64,000 nt of DNA from Octopus vulgaris. Its lineage: Eukaryota. The translations under genes and the position numbers were made by a program. Positions 56,084 through 64,000 of the stretch are shown in pieces (position 1 is the first letter of the stretch; the number at the start of each line of letters is the position of its first letter). The notes beneath the pieces are model-generated. The model was not told the origin of the DNA. It saw nothing but the letters and a program-made list of their open reading frames with translations, and made no database searches. The stretch spans positions 46,686,001 to 46,750,000 of the forward strand of contig OX597832.1 in the NCBI GenBank assembly GCA_951406725.2, given 5' to 3'.

Positions 56084-56700
56084 ACGAAGAGGAAGGAGGG
56101 GAAGAAGAAGACGAAGAGGAAGTAGGGGAAGAAGAAGAAGAAGAAGAGGAAGAAGAAGAAGAATTGGAAGGAAAGGAAGAAGAAGAAGAAGAAGAAGAAG
56201 AAGAAGAAGACGAAGAAGAAGAAGAAGAAGAATTGGAAGGAAAGGAAGAAGAAGAAGAAGAAGAAGAAGAAGACGAAGAAGAAGAATTGGAAGGAAAGGA
56301 AGAAGAAGAAAAAGAATTGGTAGGAAAGGAAGAAGAAGGAGAAGAAGAAGAAGAAGAAGAAGAAGAAGAAGAAGAAGGAGAAGAAGAAGAATTGGAAGGA
56401 AAGGAAGAAGAAGAAAAAGAATTGGAAGGAAAGGAAGAAGAAGGAGAAGAAGAAGAAGAAGAAGAAGAAGAAGAAGAAGAAGAAGAAGAAGGAGAAGAAG
56501 AAGAATTGGAAGGAAAGGAAGAAGAAGAAAAAGAATTGGAAGGAAAGGAAGAAGAAGGAGAAGAAGAAGAAGAAGAAGAAGGGGAAGAAGAAGAAGAAGA
56601 AGAAGAAGAAGAAGAAGAAGAAGAAGAAGAATTGGAAGGAAAGGAAGAAGAAGAAAAAGAATTGGAAGGAAAGGAAGAAGAAGAAGAAGAAGAAGAAGAG
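55780..56700. repeat. Purine-strand (GAA)n array with higher-order units
   Basis: Recurring GACGAAGAGGAAGGAGGG and GAATTGGAAGGAAAG interruptions. Confidence 0.96.
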
Positions 56701-56904
56701 TTTGATTACAATCTGTTTCATCATGATTATTATCATCATCATCATCATCATCATCAGAAGCAGCATCATTAGTAACAGCGAAATAAATCAACTCCGCCTG
56801 TTATTATATTATTGTCATCGGCGATATCAATCAGATCGGCGCTAAGTTGGAAAACAACAACAACTGCTACTAGTACTACTGCTGCAGCTGTTGCTGTTGT
56901 TGAT

Positions 56905-57316
56905 GGTGATGATGATCATGATGATGACGATTATCATCATCATCATCATCATCATTGTCGTCATCATCATCGTCATCATCGTTATCATCATCATCATCAT
57001 CATCATCTTCGTCATCATCATCATCATCATCATCATCATCGTCGTCATCATCATCTTCGTCATCATCATCTTCGTCATCATCATCATTGTCGACATCATC
57101 ATCTTCGTCATAATCATCATCATCATCATCTTCGTCATCATCATCATCATCATCATCATCTTCGTCATCATCATCATCATCATCATCATCGTCGTCATCA
57201 TCATCATCATCATCATCATTGTCGTCATCATCATCTTCGTCATAATCATCATCATCATCATCTTCATCATCATCATCATCGTCGTCATCGTCATCATCGT
57301 CGTCATCATCATCATC

Positions 57317-57355
<39 letters not shown>

Positions 57356-57439
57356 TTCGTCATAATCATCATCATCATCATCTTCATCATCATCATCATC
57401 ATCGTCGTCATCGTCATCATCGTCGTCATCATCATCATC

Positions 57440-57478
<39 letters not shown>

Positions 57479-57630
57479 TTCGTCATAATCATCATCATCA
57501 TCATCTTCATCACCATCATCATCATCGTCGTCATCGTCATCATCGTCGTCATCATCATCATCATCATCATCATTGTCGTCATCATCATCATCATCATCAT
57601 CTTCGTCATCATCATCATCTTCATCATCAT
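56905..57630. repeat. (CAT)n array with higher-order CGT/CTT variant pattern
   Basis: Direct inspection; source of the poly-H/M/D ORFs. Confidence 0.96.
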
Positions 57631-57754
57631 ACCGGCGCTCCTCCAGTTTGCCGTTTTCTGCACCGGTCGCGTTGTTTATTGCTCGTGGCCTCCTGTTGCT
57701 GCTGTTGCTTGTTCTTGCTAATGCATTCGAAGCAACAACAGCAATAACAACAAC

Positions 57755-57787
57755 CACAACTACTACTACTACTACTACTACTACTAA

Positions 57788-57820
<33 letters not shown>

Positions 57821-58310
57821 TACGGCGGCGACGGCAACGATTGTAGTAATATAGCGGAAGGCAACAAACCAAAACAGAAAGAAAACAAATATAATAAGAA
57901 CGACCTCAAAAAGAACAACAATAACAACTATAACAAGTGCCTTAACGAGATCAACTAGAGCAGCTACCACTACTACTACTACTACTACCACTACCATTAC
58001 CATTACTGCTGCTGCTGCTGCTACTACTACTACTATTACTATTACTTCTACTACTACTACTATTACTACTACAACAACTACTGCTACTACTACTACTACT
58101 ACTACTACAACTGCTCCTACTACTACAACTAATACTACTTCTACTACTACTGTTACTACTATTACTACTATTACTACTGCTACTACTACTGCTACAACTA
58201 ATACTACTACTGCTACAACTAATACTACTACTGCTACAACTGCTGCTACTACTGCAACTAATACTACTGCTACTACTACTACTACTACTACTACTACAAC
58301 TGCTGCTGGT
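57755..58310. repeat. (CTA)n-rich low-complexity region
   Basis: Direct inspection. Confidence 0.93.
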
Positions 58311-58416
58311 ACGACGAGGACGGCAGCGACCACGCCGACGGCAAGAACTGTTACTACTGCTCTTTCTGCCGCTTCAGTCACTGCTGCTCTCCCTCTCCCT
58401 CTCTCTCTCTCTCTCG

Positions 58417-58466
<50 letters not shown>

Positions 58467-58854
58467 CTCTCTCTCGCTGTCTCTCTCTCTTTCCTCCTCC
58501 TACAACTCCTACAGCAACAACAACAAAAACAACAACAACAGCGAACGGCAACAATAACAACAGCCACAAGCCTCATCAGCAACCGGAGCAACAACTTGAA
58601 AAGCGAGCGACAAACTGCTGCTGCTGGTGACCCTGCTGCTGATGTCCCTGCTGCTGCTGCTGCTGCTAATGCTGCTGCTGAGGTCGCTGCTTCTGCTGCT
58701 GCTAATGCTACTACTATTACTACTACTACTGCAAAAAACCCACAACTCTTAATACTTATATTACAGGTGCTAGTGCTGCTGCTGTTGTTGATATTGCGAT
58801 TACGGTTTGATAGGAGAGAGGGAAAGCGAGAGAGAGAGAAAGAAACAGAGAGAG

Positions 58855-58919
<65 letters not shown>

Positions 58920-59388
58920 GTGTGAGAGAGTGAGTGGAGGGGATGGAGAGAAAAAAAGGAAGAGAGGGAAAGAGTAAAAGCTAAAACAAAACAGAAACTG
59001 TGTACAGAATAGGCGTGGCATCAGCCGTAGCTACCTTATGCGCGCACACACTCACACACACACACAAACACGCACACACACACATACGCACACGCGTGCA
59101 CACACACAAACACACACACATGTGTGTGTACAGACACTTCAGGTATATTGTAGTTGTGTCTCACAGTGACTTCTAACTTTTCAATCTTCATAAGTTACAT
59201 ACCTGTATACACACACCTATATATATATATATAGTGAGAGAGAGAAAAGAGAGCTACCGGGAGAACAAGAGAAAGAAATAAAGATACATATAGGTGCTCC
59301 AGCATAGCCACAGTCAGAATGATTGAAAGAAGTAAAAGAAAAAAGTACAAGAATAATATATATATATATATATATAGTTATATACTGA

Positions 59389-59475
59389 CACCTTGCGCAA
59401 GTATCTTCTACTGTAGCCTCGGGCCCACCAAAGCCTTGTGAGTGGATTTGGTAGTCAGAAACTGGAAGAAGCCTG

Positions 59476-59518
<43 letters not shown>

Positions 59519-59722
59519 TGTGTTTGTGTGTCTCTGTTTGTCCCCCTAACATCGCTTGACAACCGATGCAGGTGTGTTTACGTCCCCGTAACTTAGCGAT
59601 TGAATAAGTACTAGGCTTACAAATAACAAGTCCTGGGGGCGATTTGCTCGACTAAAGGCGGTGCTCCAGCATGGCCACAGTCAAATGACTGAAACAAGTA
59701 AAAGAGTAAAGAGTAAAAAGAG
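59389..59722 (+). mobile_element. Family B SINE, 5'-truncated
   Basis: Starts at CACCTTGCGCAAGT and runs to the GTAAAAGAG tail. Confidence 0.9.
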
Positions 59723-59862
59723 ACACATGCATATATACGCACACGCATATATATATATATATATATATATACGCGTATATATGCATTTGTACATATGTGC
59801 GTGTGTTATATGTATGCCCGTACCTAGATAGATACATGCATACATTTATACATACAAACATA

Positions 59863-60065
59863 CCACGCTGGGCGAAATGCTTGGCGGTATTTCGTCTGCT
59901 GTTACGTTCTGAGTTCAAATTCTGCCGAGGTCGACTTTGCCTTTCATCCTTTCGGGGTCGATAAATTAAGTACCAGTTACGCACTGGGGTCGATATAATC
60001 GACTAAATCCGTTTGTCTGTCCTAGTTTGTCCTCTCTGTGTTCAGCCCCTTGTCGGTAGTAAAAA
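59863..60065 (+). mobile_element. Family A SINE, 5'-truncated
   Basis: Matches the family A consensus. Confidence 0.9.
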
Positions 60066-60066
60066 C

Positions 60067-60128
<62 letters not shown>

Positions 60129-60130
<2 letters not shown>

Positions 60131-60538
60131 CGCATGAGTGGTTGTGTAGTAAGTAGCTTGCTTACCAACCACATGGTTACGGGTTCAATCCCACTGCGTG
60201 GCATCTTGGGCAAGTGTCTTCTGCTATAGCCTCGGGCCGACCGAGGCCTTGTGAGTGGATTTGGTAGATGGAAACTGAAAAGAAGCCCGTCGTATATATG
60301 TACATATATATATATGTGTGTGTGTGTATGTTTGTGTGTCTGTGTTTGCTTGAGAACCGATGCTGGTGTGTTTATGTCCCCGTCACTTAGCGGTTCGGCA
60401 AAAAGAGACCGATAGAATAAGTACTAGGCATCCAAAGAATAAGTCCCGCGGTCGATTTGCTCGACTAAAGGCGGTGCTCCAGCATGGCCGCAGTCAAATG
60501 ACTGAAACAAGTAAGAGAGTAAAAGAGAGAGTAAGAGT
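60129..60538 (+). mobile_element. Family B SINE, near full length
   Basis: Matches the family B consensus. Confidence 0.92.
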
Positions 60539-60596
60539 ATATATATACATATATATATATATATACAGGTGCGTACAAACACAGATGAATGCATAC

Positions 60597-60783
60597 ATTG
60601 TGTGAGCGAAGCGTATGTACGGACAGGAGTATGCAGACATTGAAAACGAAAGGGAAAATAAACATTAGGAGTAAAGGAAATAGTTCCCTCCGTAACAGCC
60701 CCAGGAAAACCAGCGACATTGCACCAGCGACAAGTAGTTGAATCGTCCTCAAATCACCCAGAAATCGCTTAATCTCGCCTCTC
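60597..60783 (-). CDS. Candidate host-gene exon encoding a hydrophobic, signal-peptide-like segment
   Basis: Strong acceptor TTTTTTCTTTCAG|G, possible donor AAT|GTATGC, open frame RGEIKRFLGDLRTIQLLVAGAMSLVFLGLLRRELFPLLLMFIFPFVFNVCILLSVHTLRSHN (ATG at 60719). No recognised homology. Confidence 0.3.
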
Positions 60784-60859
60784 CTGAAAGAAAAAATAAT
60801 AGTAATGATAATAAAATATACAGGACATCGTTGGGGTGTGTGTGTAAATAAGACAGAGA

Positions 60860-60903
<44 letters not shown>

Positions 60904-61118
60904 AGAGAGAGAGAGAGAACGAGAAAAATACATACGCACACACACACATACATAAATACATTCATAAAAATTATGTATATGTACGACATATATTTGTATA
61001 TATATATATATGTATGTATGTATTTATGTATTTATGTATATACATATATATTTATAGACACACACACAGAGGAATATACACTTAGTTTTCATCTGGATCT
61101 AAACACATAAAAATATTC

Positions 61119-61442
<324 letters not shown>

Positions 61443-62558
61443 GGGCCTTGTATCTTTGTTGGAAACCGGCTCCCTCCTCAGTGGAAGATCTATAATAATT
61501 AAAAAATAGATGAGACATACATACATACAAACATGCATATATACATACATTCGTACATGCATAAGGTGGTACTCCAGCATGGCCGTAGTCAAATGACTGA
61601 AAGTAGAAGAATAAAGGAATAGATATATAGATATATCCATATATACCTTGTATTCTACAGGCATGTGTACGTACATAATGCATACGTACGTACGTGCATG
61701 CAAATATACATATCTATCATCTGGCTGCAAATTCTCACGTAATCACTTATAGACTTACACTAAGAAAATGTGAGAGCAAAATTGTTGCATTTTTTCCTTT
61801 TTTTTCCCCCTGAAAAATAAAAAAAGAATTAAAAAATTAACGATAGCCAAGTTATGGTAACTTCTCGAAATTACTTCTTAATTTTGTACCATTTTTAAAC
61901 ATTAGATTCGTGTTTGGCAGAATCTAATTTCAACGAACTAAAAAAATGTTAACTTCATTTTGAACACTTTATAATTTTAATAAGTCTAAAATCTTATTAA
62001 GGTGGTTAAGCTGTTTGATTAACAATGGTCTTTTAACGTTCAAAATAATATATAATTATCATTATTGATTGATTTCTTTATCTTGTTTACTTTGTTTTTG
62101 GTGGGGTGGATATTTTAAACAGAGTAGAAAAAAAAGATATATATATATATAACTTAATGCGTACGGGAGAAGGTTTATTTCCTAAGTAGCAGACGAACGA
62201 AGTTTGCATGTTACGTACACACGTACACACTAACATCTGTAACCTGCTTCGAACTAACACGTGCTTGCACACAGAACACAAACATATGTGAACTACACTA
62301 ATATATATATAACACAATCGCGTACAGGCACATACATATAGATACAGTGATACACACACACACACACATACATACATACATACATACACACACACGTACG
62401 TACGCCTGTGCACTCACAGAAGCATACAAATGCACGAATATTCATATATATTTCACATATACACAAATATGAATACGATACCGCACGCAAAAATTTAACA
62501 TACAGAGGAATTACACATGTCGAATTAAATACATAAGGTAATATATATGTATATATAT

Positions 62559-62944
62559 AGGCGCAGGAGTGACTGTGCGGTAAGTAGCTTGCTAACCAAC
62601 CACATGGTTCCGGGTTCAGTCCCACTGCGTGGCATCTTGGGCAAATGTCTTCTGCTATAGCCCCGGGCCGGCCAATGCCTTGTGAGTGGATTTGGTAGAC
62701 GGAAACTGAAAGAAGCCCGTCGTATATATGTATATATATATATGCGTGTGTGTGTTTGTGTGTCTGTATTTGTCCCCCTAGCATTGCTTGACAATCGATG
62801 CTGGTGTGTTTATGTCCCCGTTACTTAGCGGTTCGGCAGAAGAGACCGATAGAATAAGTACTGGGCTTATAAAAAGATTAAGTCCCGATTAAAGGCGGTG
62901 CTCCAGCATGGCCGCAGTCAAATGACTGAAACAAGTAAAAGAGT
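62559..62944 (+). mobile_element. Family B SINE, full length
   Basis: Matches the family B consensus. Confidence 0.92.
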
Positions 62945-62947
62945 ATA

Positions 62948-62987
<40 letters not shown>

Positions 62988-63206
62988 CACGCACACATAT
63001 GTACGTACCTACACATGTATGTATATGTATATAAATCAGTGAATATTAGAGGAACTTACACATCGCAGCGTACACACGCACAGGCAAACGCTATTATGAA
63101 AGATAGTCGTACGTATATAAGTGTGTATGAATCTTTAGGCAAACTTACACCCACATACAGGCACACGCATACACAGAAGCACGAATAAATATACAAGCGG
63201 ACGAAT

Positions 63207-63243
<37 letters not shown>

Positions 63244-64000
63244 TACGCACATGCACACACACGCCTACGGATGTATGTTTGAAAACGCACAAGAGCACCA
63301 CAATCCTACCTGCAAACATGCATTCGACTCACCTTCGCAAATAATGTACGCGCGATGGACGTAGAAATATAGACGCACGCGTGCACTGCTCCCATACGTA
63401 CAGAGCTATGATCGATGCAAGCTTATACACATAGATATACAATATAAAATATACAGAAACGAACACACACACACACACATACAGAGTCACAGAGTCAAAT
63501 ACAGAGAGTCGTAGAGTCACACACTCGCATGTGCTCTCGCGTACATGTATATTCCCGTAACGTACCGGCAGTGTTTAGAAGTTGGAATAGCTTATACCAG
63601 GACATCGGCGTATTTCTGTATAACCACCAAGAGGAACAATCAGCTGTAGAATGGTACCATCGTTACATTAACACCACCAACAGCGACAGCAGTAACAATT
63701 ACAGCAACATTAATAACAATAATAATAATAATACCACGACTAATAATATATATATATGTATGTATATATATACATATACATATATATATAATAATGATAC
63801 GAAGAATAAATATCAAAGATGGTCATACCGATAGTATAGGAAAGGATTGATTGCCTCAGTTGAAGGTGCCGCACGATTTTTTTTTACATCAAAATTTTTC
63901 ACAAAGTGCCGCGGTTGTACCTGAAATATTGACAGTTTTCGTCAGGAGTTACGGAGTATTGCAAAAAAAAAAAAAAAGGAAATCGAACGGAAAAAGAAGG

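Noticed and set aside
55538-58594. Long ORFs of 270-570 aa rich in L, F, E, H, M or D
   Set aside because: Overlapping frames on both strands arise from triplet repeats; no domain or splice support

Overview
AT-rich eukaryotic non-coding DNA, dense in microsatellites and retroposons. The style fits an octopod cephalopod such as Octopus (inferred from SINE families and repeat content, not checked against a database). No intact protein-coding gene can be supported, and nearly all ORFs in the track are read-through of simple repeats. Real protein-derived segments are decayed retroelement pieces on the minus strand: a Penelope-like GIY-YIG endonuclease end (1105-1385), an RTE LINE 3' part (14410-14930), a HERO-type restriction-like endonuclease end with an upstream RT fragment (21490-22600) and a CR1-type LINE 3' end (51030-51555). 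The window also holds about 40 copies or fragments of four tRNA-derived SINE families, three mariner-derived MITEs and a 100-N scaffold gap. The most interesting signals are RNA-structural: a hammerhead-like motif with non-circular strand order in the HERO 3' UTR, several Penelope-type hammerhead motifs in short elements that sit in (TA)n tracts, multimeric SINEs bounded by single 15-bp TSDs, SINE tail swapping, and a 143-bp local inverted duplication. A few candidate minus-strand host exons are low confidence; the best is 60597-60783.
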